A stretch of DNA of 64,000 nucleotides. Source: Rubripirellula sp. Its GTDB lineage: Bacteria > Planctomycetota > Planctomycetia > Pirellulales > Pirellulaceae. Positions 48,329-58,423 of this stretch are shown one piece after another; the stretch's first letter is position 1; each line of letters begins with the position of its first letter. The notes beneath the pieces are model-generated. The model did not search any database. It saw only the letters and a list, made by a program, of their open reading frames with translations, and was not told where the DNA came from. The stretch is taken from positions 1-64,000 of the forward strand of contig OZ244207.1 in assembly GCA_965216875.1 (NCBI GenBank), in the 5' to 3' direction. A program made the translations under genes and the position numbers.

Positions 48329-49441
48329 CTAGGAGAACATTTCTTCGATCTGTTCGATGTAGTCGAGCGCTTCTTCCGGCTGCACGACGTCTGCTCCCGG
48401 AACACGACCGTCGCGATCGCATTGCCCAAGTGCCAGCAGGTCCTCGTACCAAGGATGGGACGCCAGCTTTCGCTTACGCCGTGCGCCGATGGTGTGATCG
48501 ACGATCTTGTGAACTTCCATGTGGTGCGCGATCAACCAGCCGGTGCGGTCGGTAATGAACCCGTCGAGTGCTTCGAGACCTGCAAGCACATGGTCGTCGG
48601 GATCGATCGCCTTGCCGACATCGTGCAGCAGTGCTGCAAGCAAGAACTCTTCGTCGTACGGCGCCTCTTGTTGAGCGAGCGAATAGACCTGCATTGAATG
48701 AAACAGGGCGTCGCCTTCAGGGTGGTAACGCGGATTCTGCTGGACGTTTTCGAGCGGAGTCAGTAGCGACAAGAAGACGGCAAACCGATCAGGGCAGCTG
48801 TCCATTTCGGCTAATGACTTCGCCTGTTGGGCTGCATCGACGTCGTGTTCGAGTGCGATCAGTTTTTCGAGTTGTGAAAGACTCGCTCGTTCAATCGCTT
48901 TTCCTGTGATGGAACTTCGAAACCGAAATCCCAACAGCGAAGGATGGTAGACCGTCAATTCAACCGGGTATTCGTCGGCGACGTGAATATGCGTGAAGAC
49001 TCGCTGCTCGCCATCCTTCTGGATCCGCTTTCGCTCGAGCTCGTAGCTGGCACCCCAATCATCCAGTTCAAGCGTGATCGCGTGAGGGTTGGCGGCGAAG
49101 ACATGGATGTCGATGTCCGATCCTTCGCGAATCGAACCGGTCAAGACGCTGCCAATGATCCGCGGATGGAAAGGAGCCAAGCGAGTCAGCCACCACTTGG
49201 CCCGCAAACGCATTTTGTATAGCCGTTCATCGCGTCCCTCGGCCCCTTCGTGCAGCCGAGCGAGCAGTTGGACCTGCTCGCGTATTTCCGCATTGGTTGG
49301 CAAGTCGGCAGGTTTCACCCAGCCTTTGGTGATCCGTCGCGAAGCCTTTTGCTTTGCATGGTAGTACTCCGTTACTTCACGCGAGTACATCAGACGCGCC
49401 GCTTCCCAAGCGATTTGGCGACGCAATTTCGAAGAAGTCAT
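48329..49441 (-). CDS. Minimal nucleotidyltransferase (Pol-beta fold) + HD phosphohydrolase fusion
   Basis: 'IIGSVLTG...SDIDIH' NTase motif; 'YHPEGD..H', 'AALLHDVGK', 'IAHHM', 'CDRDGR' HD motifs. Confidence 0.9.
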   Translation of the reverse strand: MTSSKLRRQIAWEAARLMYSREVTEYYHAKQKASRRITKGWVKPADLPTNAEIREQVQLLARLHEGAEGRDERLYKMRLRAKWWLTRLAPFHPRIIGSVLTGSIREGSDIDIHVFAANPHAITLELDDWGASYELERKRIQKDGEQRVFTHIHVADEYPVELTVYHPSLLGFRFRSSITGKAIERASLSQLEKLIALEHDVDAAQQAKSLAEMDSCPDRFAVFLSLLTPLENVQQNPRYHPEGDALFHSMQVYSLAQQEAPYDEEFLLAALLHDVGKAIDPDDHVLAGLEALDGFITDRTGWLIAHHMEVHKIVDHTIGARRKRKLASHPWYEDLLALGQCDRDGRVPGADVVQPEEALDYIEQIEEMFS

Positions 49442-49522
49442 CGGCGGGGTTCGGAGACCGCGAACCCGAAACACGAGTGCATAGACAGAATCGTAAGCGT
49501 CATCGTTGCCTGAGCAGGCACT

Positions 49523-49715
49523 GCGGTCAAGCCGTTTTTATCCACCCGTCTCTTGTTGTGATTGCAATTCTCGGCGGAAGCGTGTGAAGATTCCGGCTGA
49601 AGCCGGTACTACGAACGGAGCGGTCAAGCCGTTTTTATCCACCCGTCTCTTGTTGCGGTTGCGATTCTCGGCGGAAGCGTGTGAAGATTCCGGCTGAAGC
49701 CGGTACTACGAGCGG
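49523..49715. repeat. 97-bp tandem duplication, each unit ending in a family C REP
   Basis: Units start at 49523 and 49620; each contains TTCCGGCTGAAGCCGGTACTACG (reverse strand CGTAGTACCGGCTTCAGCCGGAA). Confidence 0.9.
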
Positions 49716-49722
49716 GCAAGAA

Positions 49723-50964
49723 TCACTGCCAGCGATAGACCTTCAACGCTCCGAGGTCTCGTACAATCACGTGGTTGCCATCGACGGCGAGGTGGGCCCA
49801 CGAATCCTTAGCAACTTGTTGCTGGTCAACGACCTCGAATGCATCGTTGCTGGCATCGATCAAACGCAGGTTCCCGTTGTTGTCCAACGCCAAAATCCGG
49901 CTGCCATTGCTGACCATACTCCAGTATTTGCCGACTGGCGAACTGGTCCAACGGATATCGCCATCTTCGGTCGACAGTGCCGAGAAACGCTCGTTTTTCA
50001 TGTGCAGATAGATTGAGTCGCCAACGACGACTGGCGACGACATGTAGCCTTGAGTCTTCTGCGACCAAACCTCGCTAACGCTCCACTTTCCGTCCGTCTG
50101 GTTGACGTCGAACAGTTGCGAGCGACCGCTGTGAGCTGCCATGAAGATTTTGCCATCGACAATCGTTGGAGTGAGGATGTTCATTCCACGGAAGGACTTG
50201 ATCGGCTCTTGCCAAAGCACGTTGCCCGTTTCGAGTTCAACACCACACAAAGCGGGACGCGTTCCAACCAGCAACTGTCGCTTACCGGCGATGGTTGCAA
50301 TGGTCGGGCTCGAGAAGGCACCGCTACTCATCATGCCCGATTCATTCTCGAGCGTTTTCCAGATGACATCGCCTGTTTTCGTCGAGAGTTTCACAAGCGC
50401 GCCGCCGGTTTGAACGTAGACCGCATCACCATCGATCAGCGGCGAACAAACGGCTCCGAAGGAAGGCAACGGTGTTCCCATCTCGCCGGGGAAATCGACC
50501 CGCCAACGTTCGTCACCCGATTTTGGATCGAGGCAGACAAGCACGTCACGCATGCCGAGCACGATCAAGTTCTCTCCATCACACGCCGGCGTCGATCGAA
50601 TCCAATCTCCGTTGGCTGCCGCAAAAAAGGGAACGGCCATCGAACCTGGCCACTCAGCGGTCCAGGCCACTTTGCCGTCCTCCAAAGAGTAGGCTGTGAC
50701 GCGTTCCGTTTTCTTGTCGATGGTTTCGGTTGTGAAAACCAATCCACCGCTGACAACGGGGCCACTGTAGCTCGGTGCATGTGGACGTTCCCAAACGAGT
50801 TGCAAGCGATCACCGAGGGTCTCGGGCCAGGTTGCTTCGAGGAGTTGGCTGTCGCGTGACGGACCTCGCCATTGATTCCACGAACGTGGTTCAACGGCAT
50901 GGGCGACGACTGAACTGGCCAGAAACAGACCGACGAAGAAGCCGTGTGAGAGAGCTCGCGACAT
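49723..50964 (-). CDS. PQQ-binding-like (BamB-like) beta-propeller secreted protein
   Basis: Signal peptide; 'WNQWRGP', 'YSGPVV', 'STPA', repeated 'GxxxW' blades, 'WAHLAV'. Confidence 0.9.
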   Translation of the reverse strand: MSRALSHGFFVGLFLASSVVAHAVEPRSWNQWRGPSRDSQLLEATWPETLGDRLQLVWERPHAPSYSGPVVSGGLVFTTETIDKKTERVTAYSLEDGKVAWTAEWPGSMAVPFFAAANGDWIRSTPACDGENLIVLGMRDVLVCLDPKSGDERWRVDFPGEMGTPLPSFGAVCSPLIDGDAVYVQTGGALVKLSTKTGDVIWKTLENESGMMSSGAFSSPTIATIAGKRQLLVGTRPALCGVELETGNVLWQEPIKSFRGMNILTPTIVDGKIFMAAHSGRSQLFDVNQTDGKWSVSEVWSQKTQGYMSSPVVVGDSIYLHMKNERFSALSTEDGDIRWTSSPVGKYWSMVSNGSRILALDNNGNLRLIDASNDAFEVVDQQQVAKDSWAHLAVDGNHVIVRDLGALKVYRWQ

Positions 50965-51022
50965 GTTTTTTCTCGAAAATCCGCTGATTGGAAGTTAACG
51001 TTTCCGACATTTTACGGTGCCG

Positions 51023-52252
51023 TCAAGGCGCCGGGTCGAGATGGGCGAATTCTTCTATCGCTGCCGAAGGGGCGAGTCCGCTGGAAAGGAGCGTTTTGAG
51101 GCTGGCGGGGGCCGTGAGCGACTTGGTGGTCGGTCCGAGCGAGTCGATCGTCGCGATGATTTGTTCACCCCCGATCGAGTCGAAAAAACCTGGCCACGAT
51201 TGACTGTTTTGGTATCCCAGTCCGCCGCGCATCGCCATGTCGAGCTGGTCAAGGCTCGATGCCACCTTCTGTTGGCGAGCCAATGCGGCTTCGATCCACA
51301 TCGGAATCGAAAGGACTCGCATCACGTCGTCGTCGGAAAGTTCGATCGTGTTGCGTTGGTAACGCACCGCGAGTTCGGCAGTTTTCGCCGCGATTGCATC
51401 AGTGCGGCGATTGTCGGCATAGTCATAGACCCCCATCCCGCCGGCGCGTCCCATGCGTTTGGCCTTGATCAGGCCACCCAGGATTGGCGAGGGGTCAAAT
51501 CGATTCGGGAAGGCTTGCCAGATTGCACGCCCGGCGTCGAACATGGTTCGCGTTCCGATCCAATCGATCAATTCGAGCGGCGACATGGGCATGCCGAATC
51601 GCAACGCGGCTTGTTCGATGCGATCGGCCGAGATGCCACGTGAAAGCAACAGTAGCCCTTCATTCAGATAGGGCGAAAGCAATCGATTGACAATGAAGCC
51701 GGGGCTGTCCGGGACGACGATGGGTGACTTACCGATGCGGCGAACATGCTGGTTGACTGAATCGATCGTTTGCTGGTCGGTCGACGGCGTCTTCACAACC
51801 TCGACCGCCGGTCGGTTGTAAACCGGCATGAAGAAGTGCATCCCACACAGCCGCTGTGGATGTTCCAGGGCATCACCACACTGGGTGATGCGAAGCGTGG
51901 AAGTGTTGCTACACAAGATGGGATTTTGGTCGGCCAAGCAACGCTCGGCTTGTTCAAAGAAGCTGCGTTTGATGTCCAGCTTCTCGGCGATGGATTCCAC
52001 CAGGATGGTTGGCGCGGAAGCGACGGCGTCTGCTTGATCGCAAGTCAAGACTTTGGCAGGCAACGTGTCGTCGAAGAGTGTCGACGATTGAGTTTTCCAA
52101 CGCGTCGGGTCGAGACCAAGCGACTCGACGGCGCCCGCGAGTGAGGATTCATCCAAGTCAGCGATTTGAACCGATACGTTCGCGTCGATGTGAGCTTTCA
52201 GGATCGCACGACCGACCACTCCGGTGCCGACAAGGATGACGTTGGGAATCAT
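51023..52252 (-). CDS. 3-hydroxyacyl-CoA dehydrogenase family protein
   Basis: GTGVVG, 'VESIAEKLDIK', 'SNTSTL', 'GMHFF.P', 'PGFIVNR', 'GMPMSP'. Confidence 0.92.
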   Translation of the reverse strand: MIPNVILVGTGVVGRAILKAHIDANVSVQIADLDESSLAGAVESLGLDPTRWKTQSSTLFDDTLPAKVLTCDQADAVASAPTILVESIAEKLDIKRSFFEQAERCLADQNPILCSNTSTLRITQCGDALEHPQRLCGMHFFMPVYNRPAVEVVKTPSTDQQTIDSVNQHVRRIGKSPIVVPDSPGFIVNRLLSPYLNEGLLLLSRGISADRIEQAALRFGMPMSPLELIDWIGTRTMFDAGRAIWQAFPNRFDPSPILGGLIKAKRMGRAGGMGVYDYADNRRTDAIAAKTAELAVRYQRNTIELSDDDVMRVLSIPMWIEAALARQQKVASSLDQLDMAMRGGLGYQNSQSWPGFFDSIGGEQIIATIDSLGPTTKSLTAPASLKTLLSSGLAPSAAIEEFAHLDPAP

Positions 52253-52288
52253 GGACGTGTTGTTTGGGGACTGCTGTGGATATCGGCG

Positions 52289-53176
52289 CTAGGCGGCGAT
52301 CCGGCCGAGCTTGGCGGTCAACTCAAGAGGCTCGTCCGCACTTTCCATCACGCAAAGGGGGACATCACCATAGAACGATGCCCAACCAGTGTAGGTGCTC
52401 GGCGGTCCAACGAGCATGTCGGTTCCAGCAAACGAATACATGTCCTCGACGATGTCGCCTGGACCGAAGTGCACATTCAAGTCACCAAAATCGGATCGTT
52501 CTAGCGGTAGATTGCTGCAGACGAGAAACGCTACGCGTCGGGGCGAAAGTTGTTCGGCGACGTTGCGCATCATGGCTGCGTATTGGTCGACCGAGAAAAA
52601 GTACTTGCCGCCCATGAAGGTTGCATAGTCACCATGTCGGATGTGGACGCCGACGACGACATCGGCCGACTGACGCACTTGGCCGAGTTTTTGATCGACG
52701 TGGCTTTGGTTTTCGGTAAACAGGCGAAAGTGATCGCGGACCGCGCCTGCGTGTTGTTGAAACAGTTCTTCGTTTCGGAACAGCCACCCCATCGCCAACA
52801 CGTGACGGTTGCTCTTGGCACGTCGAGCGAAGTCGTCGCTGCCGAGATCACATCGCTGCTCGCCGCGCAGTTTCAATACATGGTACGGATACGATCGCAA
52901 ACGAGTGCGGTAGAGCAAGCTTGCGCCAAGGTAGACCGACTTGGAAAGCCGCTTACGTTGTCCGAGCGAAGGGGCGGGTTTGCCCGATTGTTGAACGAGC
53001 GGATAGCGACACCACAGATCATTTGCCGTCGCCGGAAACAGGTGTGCGTATTCGGCAAAGCAAGGATTGGCAACCTGGAAGCCATGGTGCTTGGCCGCCG
53101 CGAGCATGTGCCCGTACAAAAAAAGTCGGTTGCCGAGCTGTCCGTAGCTGCGCGCGATGACAATCATCGAATTCAT
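52289..53176 (-). CDS. GT11-family alpha-1,2-fucosyltransferase-like protein
   Basis: 'GQLGNRLF', 'VGVHIRHGDY', 'DMY', 'STYTGWASF'. Confidence 0.88.
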   Translation of the reverse strand: MNSMIVIARSYGQLGNRLFLYGHMLAAAKHHGFQVANPCFAEYAHLFPATANDLWCRYPLVQQSGKPAPSLGQRKRLSKSVYLGASLLYRTRLRSYPYHVLKLRGEQRCDLGSDDFARRAKSNRHVLAMGWLFRNEELFQQHAGAVRDHFRLFTENQSHVDQKLGQVRQSADVVVGVHIRHGDYATFMGGKYFFSVDQYAAMMRNVAEQLSPRRVAFLVCSNLPLERSDFGDLNVHFGPGDIVEDMYSFAGTDMLVGPPSTYTGWASFYGDVPLCVMESADEPLELTAKLGRIAA

Positions 53177-53329
53177 CCTGTGGACGCTTGTTCGCGCCCC
53201 TAACCTGGCCAGTGTTGAAGCATGCTCGCTGCGAGAGCGAGCCGATCTGGGAAAGAAGGCTGTCTTGGTAAGGGCAAAGACTATCCGGCGAAATGGGATT
53301 GCCGCAAGATCGGATCACGCTGGCGAGCG

Positions 53330-53824
53330 TCACGCGCGGCTTTTGGCCGCGTACATTTCGGCGTATTCGATCGCCCAGGCGTCGATCAGTCGCTGGAATT
53401 CTTCGACGTCGACTTCGGCAACGGGAACAAAATGCGAGCGATTGAAGAGCTCGCGATTCATGACCGTTCCCTTGCCCTTGAGCTCAAGCACCTTGAGGTG
53501 ACTGAAGGGACGGATGACCATTTCGAGGCGACTGTACTGGTTGCTGCGACGGCCAGCTTCGATCCGCAGGTCATCTCGATAGGCAGCTTCGCCCCAGCCG
53601 ACTTCACCAAAAAGTGATTCGGTACGAAACCCAGGGAAGTGATCCGCCACGCCGTGCACCGATTGTTCGATTCGATCCGAAAGCGACAAACGGTACGACG
53701 TGTGAAGCCGTTTGAGCTCCTCTTCGCTCAATTCCTTTTGACGCTCTTGGTTCGCTTTGTGATCGGCTCGCTGCTTGCCACGTTCGATCGCCGACTCAAG
53801 CCTTGATTTGAAGTCGTCGCTCAT
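53330..53824 (-). CDS. Conserved hypothetical protein
   Basis: Clean ORF; ATG overlaps the Tex-like stop (TGATG); coiled N-terminus followed by an alpha/beta-like domain. Confidence 0.85.
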   Translation of the reverse strand: MSDDFKSRLESAIERGKQRADHKANQERQKELSEEELKRLHTSYRLSLSDRIEQSVHGVADHFPGFRTESLFGEVGWGEAAYRDDLRIEAGRRSNQYSRLEMVIRPFSHLKVLELKGKGTVMNRELFNRSHFVPVAEVDVEEFQRLIDAWAIEYAEMYAAKSRA

Positions 53825-56800
53825 CAGTTGGTCGTGTCCGAAGGAGTCGTTGGCTCACCGCTTGCATCCGGTTTTGCGTCACTCGAGCTTGCTGCGTCGG
53901 AGTCCGACTTGGCGGGCTCGGGTGTTTGTGGAGCCGCAGCTTCGGGAGCGGCTGGTTTCGAATCGTCACTCGAAGGCGGCGCGGCTTCGGTTGCTTCGGG
54001 TGGATCGGCGGCTGGCGGATCGGCCGGTTGCGAAGCGGCAGGAGTCGACTCCGCGGGCTTCGCATCGTCCTGAGGCTTCTTCTTTTCCTGTTCGTCATTG
54101 CTAAAGAACTGCATCAGGTCACCGAACGAACGCATCGGTTCGTCGCCCTTTTGCATGGCGTCGGTGATCGGCTTGGCGGGTTCCTTGCTGACGACTCGGT
54201 AGGACTCAGGCTTTTTGTCGCGCCGTCGTCCACCGCCACGTTGATCACGCGAACGGTTGCCACCGCGTCCGTCACCACCGCGAGGTTTGGCGCCACCTGG
54301 TTTCCCGGCACCTTGTCGGCCACGACCTTGTCCTTGACCACGTCCCTGACCGCCGCCACCGCCACCGCGTGCGCCCTGTTCTCGGTCACCACCTTGTCGT
54401 CCGCCGCCACGACGTTTGTCACCGCCGCGTCCGCCACCACGGCCACCTCGGTCGCCACGTGAATCACGATGACGTTTTTGTTCTTGAAGCTCTGCCTCGC
54501 GTTGTGGCGAAATCGCACTCAACGCAACACGACGACGCTTTTCATCAACGCCGGTGACCCATGCGGTCACCACGTCGCCAACCTGTACGGCTTCGTGCAA
54601 ATCTTCGACAAAACCATCCGAGACTTTGCTGACGTGAATCAAACCGCTGCAGTCGGGAGCGAGTTCAACAAAGACACCAAACGGCATCACACCGACAACC
54701 ACGCCGATCACCTGATCGCCTTGCTTGAGGCTTTTCAGGCTTGGCATGGTCGAGAGAACAGCGGGCGGTGTTCCACCAAAGTCGCCATCGCCAAACGGAT
54801 CGCAAAGCGAGCTGACCAATTGCCTGACGCGATTGGCACCAACCTGCCACTCCTTGATGCACTTGTTGATCTTCGCCTCCTCAGGAAGCGGATGCCGAAT
54901 GGGGGCATGCACCTCGGGAGCCGGCGGTGCCGCTTCGGGGGCCGCAGTAGCTTCGGGGGCCGGTGCATCGCTCGAAGCCGACGTTTCCGCGGTCGACTCA
55001 CCCGAATCTGCTGCCTCTGTTGATTCCGAAGTCTCAGCTGTGCTTTCGGCTTCGCCGCTTGATGCTGCTTCTTCTGCTGCGGGCTCGCTCGGCGTTTCGC
55101 CAGCACTTTCTTCTGCTTCGCTGCTGGCAGCTTCCGTTTCTGCTTCGCCGCTGGAAGAAGCGGCATCATCCGTCTTCGGTTCGGCTTCGGTCGCTTCGGT
55201 AAGCTCGCCACCGAAGTTCGGGTCGGGTTCGGCCGTTTCGACGCTCAGCTCCGAGGTCGAGGACTCGGCGGCCACTTCCTCGGCCGCTACTGGAGTCTCT
55301 TCCTTCTTTTCGGGCTCGTCGAAATTCGGCTCTTCGTAGCCCGGCGGGCATTGCGGTGGGAGCTCGAGGTCGAGAGCCGCGGCCAACTTCTTGGCCAACG
55401 CGTAATCGTCTGGATGGACCAAGGTGCCATCAAGGCTCTCTTCACTATTGAAGACGCGCAGGAATGGCAACGCTTGACGTGAACTGACTGAATCGGGCCA
55501 GCCTTCCAACTCGGCAACCGAATCGCGCGAAGTGAAGAGCTCATTGCGCCGAGCGGTATCGATTTCCTCGGCGATCTTTTCGGACATGCCGGGCAAACGG
55601 GTCAGCCATGCGGGCGAGGCTGAATTGACGTCGACACCACCGCGCGACGCGCCGCTGATCATGACGTTCTCGAGCGTCGACTGCAGTGCTTGGTCGGAAA
55701 GCTCACGCTGGAACGAGCCAAGTCGCAGCTTCAACGGGTCGACCTTGGCCAGGGCTTGAGCTGGCTGCAACACGGAAAACGCGAGCCATGCGGCGGCGCG
55801 GAATCGACGCGGCGTCGTTTTCATTTCTTGATCGCCCGCCGCACTTCCTGCGTAGGCGTCGGCACCACTTCGATCGGCGAGTGTCCAGCGCAGCGTGCTG
55901 GCTGGCGACTGCTCGATCAGGTCGCCGACTGCAACCATCGTGGCGCGTCGTGACGGGCCGTTGCTGATCACGATCAAGTCGACGTGATAGGTGTGAATCA
56001 GTTCGCCCATTCGCGAGACAGCTTGTTGACGCGGTCCCGAAGCGAGTTGGCAGGGCAAGTCTTCGTTGTGGAGCAGTCGTCCATCGGCAGCCACAATCGC
56101 GGTCGCCGCCGTTCGAGGACCGACGGCATCGATCGACATGATCACTTTGGCTGTGATCGCGCCGCGGTCGGTCTGACGGCGAAGGTGCTCGGCCGCAATG
56201 CCGACCAATCGCGTCGACGCGCGCTCTTGAAGCTCATCCCACCAAGCCGCCTCGGCAGCTTCGCGAATGTCGGCCTCGTGCTGCAGTACCGTTTCCCGCA
56301 GCTTCGCTTCGAGGTGGCGATTGAATCCACCTGCTGTGCGCTGCAGTTCGGCAACGAGCTTCGATGCGTCGTATTCAAACGAGCATTGGGCGACTTGGCT
56401 GCGAAGGGCCCGGGCCAGCATCACGATTTGGAACGAACTCAGTTTGCTACCAGCGATTCGTTTCCCTTCAAGCGGTTTGAGAACGCTGACCAACCAACGC
56501 CGACGACGTTGACGCGGCGAGATCTTCTTGGCCTTCTTGCCCGCCTTTGCGTTTCCTTTGCCACCCTGCTTTTCAGCAGCCTTGGTTTCAGCAGCCTTGG
56601 TTTCAGCGCCCTTCGTTTCGGCAGTTGGGGGCTCAGCAGTTGGTGCTTCCGCCGTTTCGCTTGCGTCGGTTGGCTTGCTTTCCTCAGCTGGCTTGGCCTC
56701 CGCTTCCGCCGGAGCTTCTGCAGCTGGAGTTTCAACCGCCGGAGCTGCGTCCGACGAAGTCTCCGTTGGCTGAGTCTCTTCGGCAGCCGCAGGTGCCGCT

Positions 56801-57579
56801 GGTGTTTCCGCTTCTGCCGTCGGCGGCTGCTGAGCTTCCGCTGGATCGGCCGGAGCCGATTCGCTTGCCACATTGCTGCCAGAGGCAGCTTCTGCTTCGG
56901 CGGTCTCCGTTGGCGTCACCTCGGAAGCTTGCCCAGCATCACTCGTCGCTGCTTGAGCCGGGGCTACATCGGCCGGCGCGTCGGATTCAGACTCATCGCC
57001 ACTTGTGTGTGGGTCGTGGATTGCAGAGATATGAATCTTTGCATTTTTGACAAGCCATCGGACGGCCGAGTTGATCAGCCTCGGGTCACCAAGAATGCGT
57101 TGAGCGAGCGCTTGCTCGATGCCTTCAACCGCCTTGCCCGCGTCATCGACCCCTTCGATTTTGCCAGCGATCTGGTTGAGGTCGTCGCCGTCACCTTTTT
57201 GAGGGTTCAGCAATCGCACGGCCAGCTGAACGGCCGCATCCACGTGCTCGGACGATTCAGACTTGAGTCGACGTCCGATGCGTTCGAGCATGCGCGTCGA
57301 GTTGGCGCGTCGAATCGACTGACCGATCGCAGGGTCTTGTAGAGTCGTTTTCTCCCAGCCAGCAATCAACTCGTCGCGTCGCTGGGCGATCGACGACTCC
57401 ATCGAAACGGCGGCGGCAAGTGCCCAGAGACTTGGCTCATCGACACCGCCGAGTTCATCGCGGCGATAGCGGGCCAGAAAGGGCGGCGCGTATCCTTGTT
57501 CGATGAGGGGAAGGGCGTTTCGCAAACTGGCTACATCACAACGCCCGCGCTGGGCAATTGCATCTAGATCGACATTCAT
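53824..57579 (-). CDS. Tex-like RNA-binding protein (Tex-N, YqgF-like, HhH, S1) with long disordered inserts
   Basis: 'PFLARYRRD', 'DLIVISNG', 'VDVNSAS..LPGM', 'LDGTLVHPDDY', S1 'FGVFVEL..GLIHVS..VGDVV'; divergent, possibly a paralogue. Confidence 0.88.
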   Translation of the reverse strand: MNVDLDAIAQRGRCDVASLRNALPLIEQGYAPPFLARYRRDELGGVDEPSLWALAAAVSMESSIAQRRDELIAGWEKTTLQDPAIGQSIRRANSTRMLERIGRRLKSESSEHVDAAVQLAVRLLNPQKGDGDDLNQIAGKIEGVDDAGKAVEGIEQALAQRILGDPRLINSAVRWLVKNAKIHISAIHDPHTSGDESESDAPADVAPAQAATSDAGQASEVTPTETAEAEAASGSNVASESAPADPAEAQQPPTAEAETPAAPAAAEETQPTETSSDAAPAVETPAAEAPAEAEAKPAEESKPTDASETAEAPTAEPPTAETKGAETKAAETKAAEKQGGKGNAKAGKKAKKISPRQRRRRWLVSVLKPLEGKRIAGSKLSSFQIVMLARALRSQVAQCSFEYDASKLVAELQRTAGGFNRHLEAKLRETVLQHEADIREAAEAAWWDELQERASTRLVGIAAEHLRRQTDRGAITAKVIMSIDAVGPRTAATAIVAADGRLLHNEDLPCQLASGPRQQAVSRMGELIHTYHVDLIVISNGPSRRATMVAVGDLIEQSPASTLRWTLADRSGADAYAGSAAGDQEMKTTPRRFRAAAWLAFSVLQPAQALAKVDPLKLRLGSFQRELSDQALQSTLENVMISGASRGGVDVNSASPAWLTRLPGMSEKIAEEIDTARRNELFTSRDSVAELEGWPDSVSSRQALPFLRVFNSEESLDGTLVHPDDYALAKKLAAALDLELPPQCPPGYEEPNFDEPEKKEETPVAAEEVAAESSTSELSVETAEPDPNFGGELTEATEAEPKTDDAASSSGEAETEAASSEAEESAGETPSEPAAEEAASSGEAESTAETSESTEAADSGESTAETSASSDAPAPEATAAPEAAPPAPEVHAPIRHPLPEEAKINKCIKEWQVGANRVRQLVSSLCDPFGDGDFGGTPPAVLSTMPSLKSLKQGDQVIGVVVGVMPFGVFVELAPDCSGLIHVSKVSDGFVEDLHEAVQVGDVVTAWVTGVDEKRRRVALSAISPQREAELQEQKRHRDSRGDRGGRGGGRGGDKRRGGGRQGGDREQGARGGGGGGQGRGQGQGRGRQGAGKPGGAKPRGGDGRGGNRSRDQRGGGRRRDKKPESYRVVSKEPAKPITDAMQKGDEPMRSFGDLMQFFSNDEQEKKKPQDDAKPAESTPAASQPADPPAADPPEATEAAPPSSDDSKPAAPEAAAPQTPEPAKSDSDAASSSDAKPDASGEPTTPSDTTN

Positions 57580-58086
57580 GACGAGTCGGTCTCATTACCG
57601 GCTCGTCATTGTGGAACGAGCCTTGTTGGGAGATTGGGCGGAAGGTCGAATCAAGACCTTCAGACCGGTAAAGCTTTTCTGAAAAAGGGAATCTCGCAAT
57701 CCGGACGTCTCCGGCTGCGCGCAACGATCACCTACGGGGAGGCGAAGATAGCGCCGCACCCCCTCGATGTCAAGCTACGGGTCGATCTGACCCACGCCAA
57801 TCTCCAGCAACTCGCGCGTCTGTGCCAACCCTCTCCGGGCCACGATTGGCCTCCGTTCCGCCCGCAGCGACCACCGCCAGGAAGCGTGCAGGAACGGGCC
57901 CCCTCGGTGATCACGGCTGGCGAATTTGTGTGAAACGATCCGTGAAACGAAGAAATCGTTAAATTCCCCTCAACTTGCCCAGACGGCACGGTCGATAGAG
58001 TCTGCATGATCGTCTCGGTCTCGGCCGCTGTCGTCCCGAGCGATTCCTCCCCACACACTGACCATCACATCAGCGAGCGGACATCC

Positions 58087-58365
58087 ATGTCGAATTCATC
58101 GTTTAGCGTGTTTCGTGGCGAATCCACCGACGCCGACGATCGCAAACAACAACGCCGTCAACGCGAGCTCGACCGGATCACCGGGACGGCCCAACCCAAG
58201 ACGGTCACCCTTCCAGTGGGCAAGCTGGTTCCGTTGTTGGTGGATGCGGCCAATCACGACCGCGCCTGGCTGAACGATTTCGCAGATGACCCGGTCCGAA
58301 TTGACTCGGACCTGTACGACGTGCTACTTGCATATCAACAGCTCCGTGGGCGGCGAGCTGCTTGA
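58087..58365 (+). CDS. Small hypothetical protein
   Basis: ATG 58087; 'PLLVDAA...WLNDFADDPVRIDSDLYDVLLAY' looks like a conserved planctomycete hypothetical. Confidence 0.75.
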   Translation: MSNSSFSVFRGESTDADDRKQQRRQRELDRITGTAQPKTVTLPVGKLVPLLVDAANHDRAWLNDFADDPVRIDSDLYDVLLAYQQLRGRRAA

Positions 58366-58423
58366 GCGGCGGGACCCGAACACTCACCCGACCGCGACAA
58401 CGCGATTGAAGAGGAATCTAGTT

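Noticed and set aside
55984..57342. 452-aa plus-strand ORF
   Set aside because: Antisense shadow of the Tex-like gene with no recognisable motifs
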